Below, piece by piece: positions 46,084 to 58,750 of a stretch of DNA of 64,000 nucleotides. Numbering within the stretch: position 1 is the first letter of the stretch; each line of letters starts with the position of its first letter. The translations under genes and the position numbers were made by a program. The stretch lies in the NCBI GenBank assembly GCA_951406725.2, contig OX597820.1, forward strand, positions 47,058,001-47,122,000. Direction: 5' to 3'. The stretch comes from Octopus vulgaris. Its lineage: Eukaryota. The notes beneath the pieces were generated by a model that was given only the letters and a program-made list of their open reading frames with translations, had not been told where the DNA came from and made no database searches.

Positions 46084-47704
46084 GTCATCACCATCGTCGT
46101 CGTCGTCATCATCGCCATCATCATCGTCGTCGTCGTCGTCATCATCGTCGTCGTCGTCGTCGTCGTCATCATCATCATCATATGTTGCGCACAGCAATGA
46201 AATAGTACTTGAACATGAAAACCACATCGACTTGTGAGAATACAGTTTGTTTACTCAGAAAATCCTGAAGTATACAGTTCCTGTCAGTACATGCGCAGTG
46301 AATCACAAATATATATCCAATATCCGAAACACTGCCACAACAGTAACCTAAGAACCTTATCTGTACCACTCGGCTCAGACTCATGTATATCACCATTCTA
46401 ACAACTCTTTCTATCCCATCCATTCGAGACAAAAAAAGAAACAACAACCACAACAAAACATTAAAACGCATACAAAAATAATTACACCACCAATAGCATC
46501 GTTTTTGGCAGGGCCAAAGTGGAAGCCACTTTCTACTAGAAAACGCAACCAAATTGCCCCTCAAAACGCACACATAAGGAAGCAGCGCATTAAACAATGT
46601 AGACCTATATACTTCCAAAACGGAATGGTCATAACTAGAATGCTTTTGGACATATATCTTCTCGATTTGGGCTGGCCAAACAACAGCGCAAGAATCGAAC
46701 AACGTTGGGGTGTACATAAGTGAAGACACAAAAAACTGGCTGGCTGGTCTTCACTGTAGAACCACCCCAAGCCAAATACAGGAGCCCTTACAGCCATTTG
46801 ACTCACTAGACATGTGGTAGCCGCATCCCTCTCAGAAGGCACGCTGGTTGAATAATATGGTGCTAGAACTACTATATCCGAAATCAAAGGTAGAAAGGTC
46901 TTGGGCTGAATACCTTTCGTCATTTGCTTGCTCAATTAAGGGTTTGACCAGAGGCGACACAAAAGTAACGACGACGTCGATGGGAACAACAGCTATATAC
47001 ATATATATCATACATACATACATACATACAAAAATACCCCGTTGTTGATAATGGAATTCCAATGACGGAACCTTGGATCTAGGTTATAAATCTGTTCTTT
47101 CTCTATTGGCAAGAAATCTTGCAATAAACTGAATAACGACATACATACATACAAAAATACCCTGTTGTTGATGTTGAAATTCCAATAAAGGAACCTTAGG
47201 TCTAGGTTAGAAACCTGTTCTTTCTCTATTGGTAAGAAATTTTGAAATTACTGAATAATGACATACATACATTCATGCATGCATACATACATACATACAT
47301 ACATATATGCATGCATACATGCATACGTACGTACATACGTACAAACATATATGCATACATACATACATACATACATATATACATACATACATACATACAT
47401 ACATACATCCATACATGCATACGTACATACATACATACATACATACATATGCTACCACATACTGGGAAATGGACATACAGCTTCTCAGTCAACCCAGAAA
47501 CCATAACGTACCCAAACATCGTACTTCTGAAGTAAATGAGTACCAGCAATCTTTTTCGAGAAGCGCGCCGTATGAGACATGACCCATCATCGGCGGGGCC
47601 ACTCTACTAATATCATCAAAGTATTTTTTTGTTAGGTGTGCCATTCAGAAAGTTCAGCGGGCTTCACTTTGTCCACGACTGCAGTAAACCCTTAAGTGCT
47701 AGAG

Positions 47705-48010
47705 CATAGGTTCACAAAGTGGGCGCTATCGCCACTCGGTTGGTGTTGAGACGGTCCAGGTGGGCGCTGGTGCCTATGGGGTTGGGCAGTAGAGAAAAAG
47801 GAGGCGTTGGGAGGAAGGCAGTGGATTGGGGGATGCTATGAATTTATTATAATATTATTATAGCATTGTATACAAATTATATGATATATAAAATATCAAA
47901 TGACTCATAGGATATATAAATTAGTAAAATATAAAATATTTATTTATACATAAAAATAAGGGTGGGAACACTGAGGGTATTCTGTGGCCAAAAAAGTTTG
48001 AGAACCTCTG
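47705..48010. mobile_element. hAT (Charlie-like) MITE with an 8-bp TSD
   Basis: TIRs CATAGGTTCACAAAGT / AGTTTGAGAACCTCTG, flanked by TGCTAGAG on both sides (47697-47704 and 48011-48018). Confidence 0.85.
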
Positions 48011-48475
48011 TGCTAGAGGGGGGAAGGGTTGTGTAACAATGAATCTAGAGCAACAGATAAGGAGGATTGCTGTTGTCGCACAATAAACTGCATACGCTGT
48101 GCAATAAATCAGCTTTTGTTAGGGACAATGTGGAGCTGAACTACAGCTACAGAAAGCTACCTATAGTATAGTATATCATAGCATAAAGCAATATGATAAT
48201 AGTACAAGACAGTAAAGGTAAATTAGCTGTTTCTGAGTAAGACAGCTTAATGATTTGCCTTTGTTCTTCTTTCCCTGAAGGATTACATTGTTATCGTAAT
48301 TGTCATTATCAATCACCATTACGTTTATCAGCACCATCACAACCATCGCCGTCACCGCCGCTACCGCCTTCGTCGTCGTCCTCGTCACCACCACCACCAC
48401 CACCACCACCATCGTCGTCGTCATTATCATTATCCTTACCACTCATCACCGACATCAATAACAGCAAAAGCAGCA

Positions 48476-48825
48476 GTGGAGGCGCAATGGCCCAATGGTT
48501 AGGGCAGCGGACTCGCGGTCGGAGGATCGCGGTTTCGATTCCCAGACCGGGCGTTGTGTGTGTTTATTGAGCGAAAACACCTAAAGCTCCACGAGGTTCC
48601 GGCAGGGGTAGTGGCGACCCCTGTTGTACTCTTTCACTACAACTTTCTCTCACTCTTTCTTCCTGTTTCTTGTTCCCGTCTTCCTACGCAACCGCTGAGC
48701 CTGGATGCGCATTCATCCATCCGTCGATGCTCTCGGTGTCGGGGCTTGACCTGCTTTCTCTTCTGCGGGTCTTACGAATAGCAAAGGACCACGTTTCGGA
48801 CTTCTCCCACTGGACGAAGACCGCT
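48476..48825 (+). mobile_element. SINE family C
   Basis: tRNA-like head shared with 19915-20292, but a different 3' tail. Confidence 0.85.
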
Positions 48826-49138
48826 ACGCTCAACAGCAACAGCACCAACAGCACCAGTACTAGCAGCAACAACATCAGCAACAAGTACTTCCAATTCAAG
48901 AACAAACTCGTGTTGCTTGGTGACGTAATAAGGTATCCATGTTGTTTCGATGACGTCACAGAGTCGCCCCTGTTGCCGCTAAGTCACCCGTTAACTGATA
49001 ATCCTATCTTTCATATAACGGATGTGACGCTTCACTGAACACATCAGTTTATGCGTGTGTGGTTGGGTATCTATGGACGTGACGATGGGTATGCGCGCGC
49101 ATGTGTGTGTGCGTGTCTGTGGGTGCACGTTGTCTCTG

Positions 49139-49182
<44 letters not shown>

Positions 49183-49640
49183 TGTGTGTGCCTGCATGCA
49201 TGTGCGTGTACATTGATGCGTGTAATGGGTTATGCGTGCCTGTAATCGGTAAGTGTGCATTGATGTGTGTATTTGTGTGGGGGTATGTATGAGTCTTTAC
49301 GGACGCATTGAAATGTGCATATCTACGAACGTGTAATGTTGATGTTTAGCCCCCGAAGCCAGTTCTAATTCAGCAGGTTTGTATGGTGGAAACATCGTAT
49401 GTGTGTGAACAGTGAAGGGGGGGGGGGGGGTATTGTCTGTATGCATGTTAGTATTTGTATGAGGGAGTGCGCGCGTGATTAGGGAGAGTGTGCGCTTGTT
49501 TGTATGTATCGATGTGTATATGTAAGTGTTACTATCTGTGCGTGTGTGTACATGTATGTCTGGGTGTACCATAGGCACATGCATGCATATGCAAACATAT
49601 GTATATGTATGTGTGTGTGTGTGTATTTACGCTTTACTCT

Positions 49641-49693
<53 letters not shown>

Positions 49694-50087
49694 TCGGACA
49701 CAAACTATGTGTCGGTAGCCAACCGGAAAAGATGTTTTCCTGGGGCTAAACTGTAATAACATCGTCCTGTGTAGGACTACCACATTCTGTTGGAAAATAA
49801 ACTTTACTATATATATATATATATATATATACAGACATATTTTACGTATGTGTATGTGTGTATGTATATATACATATACACGTATGTTTGGTGATACGTA
49901 AGTAGGTAACCATGTGTATACGCACATAGGTGCACACACACATGTGTGCGTATATATATATATATATTTGTTTGTGTGTGTACATGCATACATACAAGCA
50001 TACATACATATGTTTGTGAGTGTATGTGTGTATGAGTGTGTGCGCGCATGGTGTGTGTGTGTGTGTGTGTGTGTGTGATAGTGTCAA

Positions 50088-50275
50088 GGCGGTAAGCTGG
50101 CAGAATCGTTAGCACGCCAGACAACACGCAAAGCATCATTTCGTTTTTATCGTCTGAGTTCAATTTCCGCCGAGGTCCACTTTGCATTTCTTTCTTTCAC
50201 GGTCGATGAAATAAGTACCAGCGGAATACTGGGGTCGACGTAATAGGCTAATCCTCACCCCTAAAATTTCAGGTC
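50088..50275 (+). mobile_element. SINE family B
   Basis: GGCGGTAAGCTGGCAGAATCGTTAGCACGCC head. Further copies at 23585, 57121, 58370 and 63698. Confidence 0.85.
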
Positions 50276-50579
50276 TGTTAGTGGGTGTATGTACGGATGT
50301 GTCTATATGTCCATGAGTATTCGTGTCTCTGTCTGTATGTGAGCCTCCATGTCTGAGTTTGTGTGTGTGGTGTGTAGTGTATGTGTGATATATATATATA
50401 TATATATATGATTGTATACATATATATTGTATTTATATTAATACATATATATATATACACATACACATATATACATATACATATATGTATGTATGTATGC
50501 ATGTATGCATGTATGTATGTATGTATGTATGTATGCATGTATGTATGTATATATGTTTGTTTGTATGTATGTATGTATG

Positions 50580-50688
<109 letters not shown>

Positions 50689-50699
50689 GTATACATATA

Positions 50700-52790
50700 T
50701 CAGTAAATATAATATGTGACAATTATTCGGTAGCCATGATAAGACTCCGAGTTTCGAATGTCGGGGCGGAAAACCACGCCTCCATCTCTTCAGTTATCGG
50801 GCCATCGAAAAAATGTTATGAAAATGACCGTTAAACAAAGGGAAATTACTGAGTGATTGACCGTTATTAAGACAAAAGAGCTATTAGAATGACCGCTAAG
50901 TGAGGGGAGGGAGTAAAGGTAAGGGAGTAAAAATGTTCATAGTATTCGCATAAGCGCGCATGTCCATACATACACATGCTCGCTCGCACACCCACGTACA
51001 TGCGCCTATAAGTATATACTCATCCACCCTTACTCGAAACACACACACATATTCACCCACACATTGGCCAATATATATATATATATATATATAGCCGCAT
51101 TCACGCTTGCACACGCATACACGCGCGCAAAAAAGGTCTATACATACGTCTATATACGCACATACACAACAGGGCTAAAGGCAAAATACAGAAAAAGGTG
51201 TAAAAAATAAGCAATAAGAGTAAAACACATCTATATACGCAATACTCGTATGCACGCACACACCAGTCTATATACGTGCATACCCGCACACGTCTATATA
51301 CGCACACATCCACACGCGCACAAAAAGGTTCATACACGTCTATATACGCACATACACAAGATAAAAAACAAGGCTAAAAGCAAAATACAGAAAAATGTGT
51401 AACAAAGGTATAAAAAATAAGCAATAAGAGTAAAACACGTCTATATACGCACAGGAAAAAATACAGGGTGGAAGGTGGAATACAGAAAAAATATGCGTAA
51501 ACAATATGAGCAATAAACCTATAAAACAATATCTCTAAGTATGTGAAAAAAATATATATAAGATATGTAAAAAAATATATTAAAAATATATAAGAAATAT
51601 AAATAAAAAGTATAGAGAGATAAAAAGCTTGTACGTGGACACAATATTGAAAGCAAGTCTTATGCGTAATCGCGTGGGGAACAAAAACAACAAATATTTA
51701 GCCACACGTGGACATGATCCGTAAAGTTCAGTTCTTGAATTTTGACATGTGGCGGGGTCTAAGCTGCTTTTCCAGATGAGCCATCTTTCCATAACACAAA
51801 GACCGCACTTTCCACTGCCGTTGGTGTGGGGCTTACACTTGGCTAAGATTTTCCAATGGATGTTGTAACTGACGCCTTTATCTTTTTAGGACCATATATG
51901 ACTGGATAATTTTGTCGTTTTCCTTTTATTCCAGTGCCTGAAGCTCAAGGTATGATTATTGAACCTGGCCTTGAAATTACCCTCTGTAAGGCCCACGTAT
52001 TTCTTCCTCGAAACCGTGTCCTTAGTGGATATAAAGTCCACAGTGGTTTCATAAATGATGGTCTCGGACATGCAAGCTCCATTTAGCGGGCACAAATTTT
52101 TATCCCTGCATGAACAGCTGGTTTCATATTGTGATTTTTGTGTGTTGTGTGCGATTATATTTTTAAAATTAGTAGTTGAGCTGAAACTGATTTTTAAGTT
52201 ATGTCTATTGAAGAGCTTTCTGTAACTATGGTTGACTGGAAAATGTCTATCTATCAGAGCTAAGAAATACTTGCCTATATTGAAGGTCACTTCGAGTGAG
52301 TAGGAGGGTATGAACCAGTTTTCCTATTCCTATGTTTCCTCTTCTTTATTATTGAACTGGTGGCAGGTGTATAGGTTATTTCTTCATTAAATCCACTGTC
52401 TTTTAGACCCTTATTATATACTGGGGCAACGCTATTAAAAATGTCCCTATCGGAGGAGAGGCTAGAAATTCTTTTGCTAATGTTTTTAACAAAATTTTTA
52501 AACACTATGGGGGGATGGCAGGAACCCACATTAATATAACTAAGTCTATCGTTGGGCTTCCTATAAGGTTTATAAATATTCTTATTTAGATCTAAGGATA
52601 CACCTAAGAAATTGACACCCGCCAGATTGGTGTCTTGTAGTTATGCTAAGACCGAAAGTATTCACCAAATGGATAATGTCCTTCTTAAACCGATCCTGTG
52701 CTGGTCCATTGGTATTTGCGGTTAAGGCGAGGGCATCATCTTTGTAAATGGCGAAGTATACGACAGGAAAAGTTTTGCCCAACGCCAGTG
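50700..52790 (-). mobile_element. 5'-truncated Penelope-like retroelement (RT end + GIY-YIG endonuclease + 3' pLTR), frameshifted
   Basis: ORFs 52582-52782 (YKDD), 52287-52529 (S.HPP), 51886-52290 (CSCRDKNLCPLNGAC, IIY...YVGLTE..FKARFNNH, LSSHIW) and 51580-51792. The 3' region has short tandem repeats and an HHR. Confidence 0.92.
50738..50798 (-). ncRNA. Type I hammerhead ribozyme in a Penelope pseudo-LTR
   Basis: Minus strand reads GATAA-CTGAAGA-GATG...CATTC-GAAACTCGGA-GTC-TTATC. Stem I is GATAA/TTATC, stem III is ACTC/GAGT, with a GUC site. Confidence 0.8.
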
Positions 52791-52913
52791 TTTTTTATTT
52801 TTTTTATTTTTTTCTGTTTATAAATATGTTAGTATCCTGTCACTATGAACCTATGTTTGTCTTGATACGGAGAAACATGTTGGATCATGTGTATATGTGT
52901 ATGTTTGATTGTG

Positions 52914-52961
<48 letters not shown>

Positions 52962-53414
52962 ATAAATGAGGGTGAAAAATTGGTACGCCAAAGGTTCAAG
53001 TTTCGTACCTACGCATTCGTTAAAGTTTTTCTCTCTCTACACTTTCTTTCTCTGGGTCTCTCTCTCTCTCTCTCTCATTCTCTCTCTCTCTCTCTCCACA
53101 CACACACACACACACAGGCATATATACACGCGTGCGCGCTCATACACTTGTGTTTATTTTGTCTGATTTAAGATAAACAAATTAAAATTACATTGACTCG
53201 ATTTTGAATATCTGAAACATAAGTAGCCGTGTAATAGGATGCAGTCTGTTTAAACCAATTGTGTGTCTTATTGAAAAGGAAATATGCTAACAGAATAATG
53301 AACGAAATGCGTTATACCATTTAGTTATGTCTCAAAGCTGTAATTTAAATTCTGCCAAGGTCAGCTTGCGGCTTTGCTTTTCTTCCTCTGGGAGTTGCTA
53401 TAATAGCGTATCAC

Positions 53415-53784
53415 TCCCTTATGTTATCGAGCAGTTACTGTCTATATCCCTTTTAGAGAATTATTATTGCTTTCGAACAGATTTTCGAAATCAGCAAATG
53501 TATTTTGCTTGAAAATCTATATAAGAAAATCCTGCAGAGGGAGAATTCGTCGAGGAAGCGGAGGCCTACCACACGCCGATGATAGGCAATACACCTTGAA
53601 ACCATGGTCCGTGTGTGGTTTCCGCTTCATCGGGGAATTACCTCCCTTTGCAGGTTTAGGGCACCGTGACGGTGTCGAGCCTTTCTGGTGACGTCGATGT
53701 TCGCCTGGGGCTAAATGCAACAGTAACACCCCCACCACCCTTCCCTGTCCCTAGCCATATTCAGATGGCTTTAGTCCCTTATGT

Positions 53785-53787
<3 letters not shown>
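53415..53787 (+). mobile_element. Candidate 360-bp retrozyme-like unit
   Basis: 13-bp direct repeat TCCCTTATGTTAT at 53415 and 53775. The interior is GC-rich, self-complementary and contains a hammerhead. Confidence 0.55.
53570..53615 (+). ncRNA. Type I hammerhead ribozyme (U4C core variant) at the tip of a long hairpin
   Basis: CACACG-CCGATGA-TAGG-CAATACA-CCTT-GAAAC-CATG-GTC-CGTGTG. Stem III is palindromic (ACCATGGT). Confidence 0.75.
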
Positions 53788-53816
<29 letters not shown>

Positions 53817-53908
53817 AATGAGGGTGAAAAATTGGTACGCCAAAGCTTCAAGTTTCGTACCTACGCATTCGTTAAAGTTTTTCTCTCTCTCACACTTTCT
53901 TTCTCTCT

Positions 53909-53950
<42 letters not shown>

Positions 53951-54646
53951 TATATACACGCGTGCGCGCTCATACACTTGTGTTTATTTTGTCTGATTTA
54001 AGATAAACAAATTAAAATTACATTGACTCGATTTTGAATATCTGAAACATAAGTAGTACGTGTAATAGGATGCAGTCTGTTTAAACCAATTGTTGTCTTA
54101 TTGAAAAAGGAAATATGCTAACAGAATAATGAACGAAATGCGTTATACCATTTAGTTATGTCTCAAAGCTGTAATTTAAATTCTGCCAAGGTCAGCTTGC
54201 GGCTTTGCTTTTCTTCCTCTGGGAGTTGCTATAATAGCGTATCACTCAAATACCGAATGGATATATTCGATTACACAGTGTGTCCCTGGTGGCTAACTTT
54301 TATAGGAGAGATAATTACTTCCAGACTAAGTTAAGTTGAATGATGAGATTTGAAAATTTGGAATTTACACCAAAGAGTTAAAAGATGAATGGAGCCCGCA
54401 CACTTTATGTATGTATGTATGTATGTATGTATGTATGTATGTATGTAGTCGTATGTATGTATGTATGTATGGTATGTATTATGTATGTATCGTCATGTAT
54501 GTATGTATGTATGACTAATGTATGTATGTCACAATGTATGTATGCCTAGTTTATAAACTAAACTAAAATCCATTTTACGAAGTCAGGCATTTCTTCTGGA
54601 GAGAAAATAGTTTATAGTCAATTATTCAAAGCCAACTCGTATGTGA

Positions 54647-54717
54647 GCATCGGTGGTTCAGTGGTAGAATGCTCGCCTGCCACGCGGGCGGCCCGGGTTC
54701 GATTCCCGGCCGATGCA
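54647..54717 (+). tRNA. tRNA-Gly (anticodon GCC)
   Basis: GCATCGGTGGTTCAGTGGTAGAATGCTCGCCTGCCACGCGGGCGGCCCGGGTTCGATTCCCGGCCGATGCA. Perfect acceptor stem, A and B boxes, no encoded CCA. Confidence 0.98.
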
Positions 54718-54725
54718 CATGATAC

Positions 54726-54733
54726 TTTTTTTT
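54726..54733 (+). terminator. RNA polymerase III terminator (T8)
   Basis: T-run starting 9 nt downstream of the tRNA. Confidence 0.85.
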
Positions 54734-55105
54734 ATTGATTATTTCTATATTGTCTTTTAACAAATATTTATTGATGGTGAGTTTGCTTGATTATAGATCA
54801 GGACCATAACATAAAAGCCTGATCTAAAGCTAAACACCAACACTACATGTCTATTATTTTTCCTTATCACTAGATCCATGCGGAGTGGATTGGAAATCAA
54901 AACATAGTGAGGTGTCGGGGGATCGTATACACATTTCTTTCAGGCGCAGGCATGGCTGCGTGGTTAAGAAGTTCACTTTGTAACCACGTGGCTTTGGGTT
55001 GAGTTCCACCTCGTGGAACCTTCGGTTAATGTTTTCTACTATAGCTCCAGGCCGCTCAATGTTTTCTGAGTGATTTGGTAGATGTAAACTGTGCGGAAGC
55101 TCGCC

Positions 55106-55107
<2 letters not shown>

Positions 55108-55136
<29 letters not shown>

Positions 55137-55450
55137 TGTATGTATGTATGTATGTATGTATGTATGTATGTATGTATGTATGTATGTATGTATGTATGTA
55201 TGTATGTATGTATGTATGTATGTATGTATGTATGTATGTATGTATGTATGTATGTATGTATGTATGTATGTATGTATGTATGTATGTATGTATGTATGTA
55301 TGTATGTATGTATGTATGTATGTATGTATGTATGTATGTATGTATGTATGTATGTATGTATGTATGTATGTATGTATGTATGTATGTATGCATGTATGTA
55401 TGTATGTATGTATGTATGCATGCATGCATGCATGCATGCATGCATGTATG
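55108..55450 (+). repeat. Long (TATG)n microsatellite following a SINE A 5' half (54943-55105)
   Basis: Direct reading. Confidence 0.95.
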
Positions 55451-57331
55451 TATGTATGTATATGTGTGTGTGTGTATGTATGTGTGTGTTTGTATGTATG
55501 TGTGTGTATGTATGTATGTGTGTATGTGTATGTATGCATTGATAAATATATATGTGTGTGCGTGTGTATGTAGGTAGACATGCATATATACCATAGAAAT
55601 TCACAAATACAGAAGCACACACACACACACACACACACATATTCTTTGAATAGTGTGCTGGGACAATGAAATGTTACCAAAAGGTTTGGGCTCAGTAGTT
55701 AGTTTCACACTCCCATATTTGACGCGGTTTTACGATAGCCATTACATCTCCGAACAGGCTATTGTGCAGAATTCGATCCACTTTATATTAATAACAAATC
55801 CACTTTATGTTAATAATATATACAGTAAACATAATTCGCATTTTTAAACTTTATATAACACACAAGTGTTTCCATCAGCCGATTATCATTATTACACGAG
55901 CCATACGTAATACATTCGATACGCTTCCTCAGCATTATTGGAAAAAAAAACGAAAACAATAGAAAAATAAAAATAAAAGGAAAACAATGTGCAGACATGT
56001 GTATGCTTTAATATACCTCAGTTATGCAAATTAGGTACCAGTTTGTGATTAGAGCAGAATAGAGGGTGAAAGAGTATCAGATAAGAGCATTGCGTGAAAG
56101 AGGAGAGCTAGAAAGAAGACAGTGTAGCGAGGCACAAAGAAGCCAGTGCCATTTTCAAACAGCGAGATCTCGCCTGCAGCCATCATTTAAGGAAAAGACA
56201 ACAACATTTTCCCTCTCGTTCTTCTCACGCTGAGGCTGAGGAAAACTTCGGAGCCAGGAGTTCACAGCGGACTTTTGTCCCGCTGTGATACCACATGCAT
56301 TATCTCCAGAGGTTATTGAACCTCACATGTATGGGAGAGAAGGCTAACTACGCACTGCTGTGAAGATGATTACCGAAAGCAAACCCCTTGTACGAAGCAC
56401 CTGTGAATAAACGGTCATTGAAATTACTCCGCTTGTGAACTTCATTCTTCGTATTTCCAGCTCCTTGAATCAACAGAATAATTATACTGGAAGAAGATAC
56501 TCCAAAAGTATCATAAAAACCTTCCTTCCACTATAAAATGGTTTCCATTATTACAGGAAGCATTTTAGAGAGGAAAGAAGGGAAAGACGATACATTATCA
56601 AAGATAAGAACAATATCAACAACAATAATAAGTCCCCATCTACTTCTCAAGTTTCATCTGAATAGAGAAATGAAGGTGGAAAAAGAAGTGCTGCTTCTAA
56701 GCAAATTTGTTGGAAGATGAGTGAAAGTTGTGAGCGTGATCCGACTGAATGAGCCTGTTTGCTGCAAGCATGTTGTTGGAAATTGGGAAAGGATGACTGG
56801 GAGACGACACTTGCCTTAGTGGCCTAGGTGAACGTGGATCTTATGGCGCTTTTGCGAATAGCCTTCGAGAGTTATCCCATTTTTTTGAAAATTTTTCTTT
56901 ATTTGAATCTTTTTTCTTTTCTGTTTTTTTTCTTCTTTTGTTTACTACGTTTATATTTTCGTCTAATACCACACTATATCGCATTGTACCGTCCTCTTTT
57001 TGTCAACCATTCTGGTTAATTAACAGAGTGTTACTATTTTATTATCATGATCATGATTATCATCAACAGGACCACCACCACCACCACCACCAGCAGCATC
57101 ATCATCATCATCATCATCGTTAAGCTGGCAGAATCGTTAGCATGCCAGTCAAAAAATGTTTAGCGGTATTTTGTCTGGCCTTATGTTCTGAGTTCAAATT
57201 CCGCCGGGGTCGAAATTTGCCTTTTCATACTTTCGGGGTTGATAAAATAAGTACCAGTTGAACACTGACTTCGATGTAATCGACTTACCTCCTCCGTCGA
57301 ACTTGCTGGCCATGTTCCAAAAATTTGAAAC

Positions 57332-57413
<82 letters not shown>

Positions 57414-57481
57414 GTTGTTGTTGTTGTCGTCGTCGTCGTCGTTGTTGTTGTTGTTGTTGTTGTTGTTGATGATGTTGTTGG

Positions 57482-57512
<31 letters not shown>

Positions 57513-57576
57513 GGTGTTGTTGTTCTTATTTTTACTATTATTAGTAAAATTATCATCATCATCATCATCATCATTA

Positions 57577-57748
57577 GGCGTAGGAGTGGCTGTGTGGTAA
57601 GTAGCTTGCTTAACAACCACATGGTTCTGGGTTCAGTCCTACTGCGTGCCACCTTGGACAAGTGTCTTCTGCTATAGCCTCGGGCCGACCAAAGCCTTGT
57701 GAGTGGATTTGGTAGACGGAAACTGAAAAGAAGCCCGTCGTATATATG

Positions 57749-57818
<70 letters not shown>

Positions 57819-58019
57819 TGTGTGTCTGTGTTTGTCCCCCAACATCACTTGACAACCGTTGCTGGTGTGTTTACGTCCCCGTAACTTAGCGGTTCGGCGA
57901 AAGAGACCGATAGAATAAGTACTAGGCTTACAAAGAATAAGTCCTGGGGTCGATTTGCTCGACTAAAGGCGGTGCTCCAGCATGGCCACAGTCAAATGAC
58001 TGAAACAAGTAAAAGAGTA
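57577..58019 (+). mobile_element. SINE family A, full length
   Basis: Head to tail, with internal (TA)(TG)n. Confidence 0.93.
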
Positions 58020-58022
58020 GAG

Positions 58023-58079
<57 letters not shown>

Positions 58080-58080
<1 letters not shown>

Positions 58081-58345
58081 GTTCACGGTTATCTGTATTA
58101 TATCTCAACTCTTCCCTGTAGTTTAGAGATGCAGCACATTCCCCAACATGTGTTTTATTCTGAGTATGGCCGCCAGCTGTGTAATTCCAATGATGTCTGG
58201 TATTTTCAATTTCTTGTGCCAGGTTTTCGTGTTCTTTGAGATGGTTCCGAGCGCGCCAATCTCGTTGGGTATCAGACACTGACTGTTGAAGCTCTATGCC
58301 TACACTGCTTCAAGTGCCAGCTCTTCATACATATTTCTGCCATAA
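58080..58345 (-). mobile_element. 3' tip of an R4/Dong-like LINE (third subfamily) ending in (AAT)n
   Basis: Minus-strand translation KYEELALE...IPNEIGALGTISKN...IIGITQLAAILRIKHMLGNVL* parallels KYKDLEIE...IPIIVGALG...ILRRTL. Confidence 0.75.
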
Positions 58346-58648
58346 TATTGTTATGTGTCCAGCTGTAGGTGCCAGAATCGTTGGCGCGTCCGACAAAATG
58401 CTTAAAGGCATTCCTCACCCCAGTTCTTTACGTCCTAAGCTCAAATCCCACCGTGGTCAACTTTCCCTTTCATCCTTTCGGGGGTCAAGTAATGTAACTG
58501 AGTAACTCCTTCGATGTAATTGAGTAACTCCTTCCCTTAAAGTTTATTTCAGATATTCTCATTTTAAAAATCATCTCTGAATAAATCGTTGAGAGGACTT
58601 TGGTGTTGCGTTGGCGAAGGTTTGCGCTCTCTGGGTGCTCTTGTTGTT

Positions 58649-58708
<60 letters not shown>

Positions 58709-58750
58709 TCAGAATAAAACACATGTTGGGGAATATGCTGCATCTCTAAA

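Larger units (their letters stand above)
52962..54246 (+). repeat. About 430-450-bp direct repeats (52962-53416 and 53814-54246) bracketing a structured insert
   Basis: ATAAATGAGGGTGAAAAATTGGTACGCCAAAG...GCGTATCACTC is present twice, each copy preceded by (TA)n. Confidence 0.92.

Noticed and set aside
45760-46227. Asp-rich biomineralisation-like protein
   Set aside because: A (CAT/CGT)n repeat open in several frames, with no convincing signal peptide or splice context.
46440-46760. Possible exons here, at 38560-38830 and at 56150-56550
   Set aside because: They faintly resemble degraded LINE C-terminal regions with stops. Too weak to call either way.
48476-48550. tRNA genes at SINE heads (also 20220-20292 and 26362-26430)
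   Set aside because: No closed acceptor stem, and they continue into repeated SINE bodies.
54407-54545. Coded variation within the interrupted (TATG)n
   Set aside because: Irregular interruptions are better explained by repeat decay or consensus errors.
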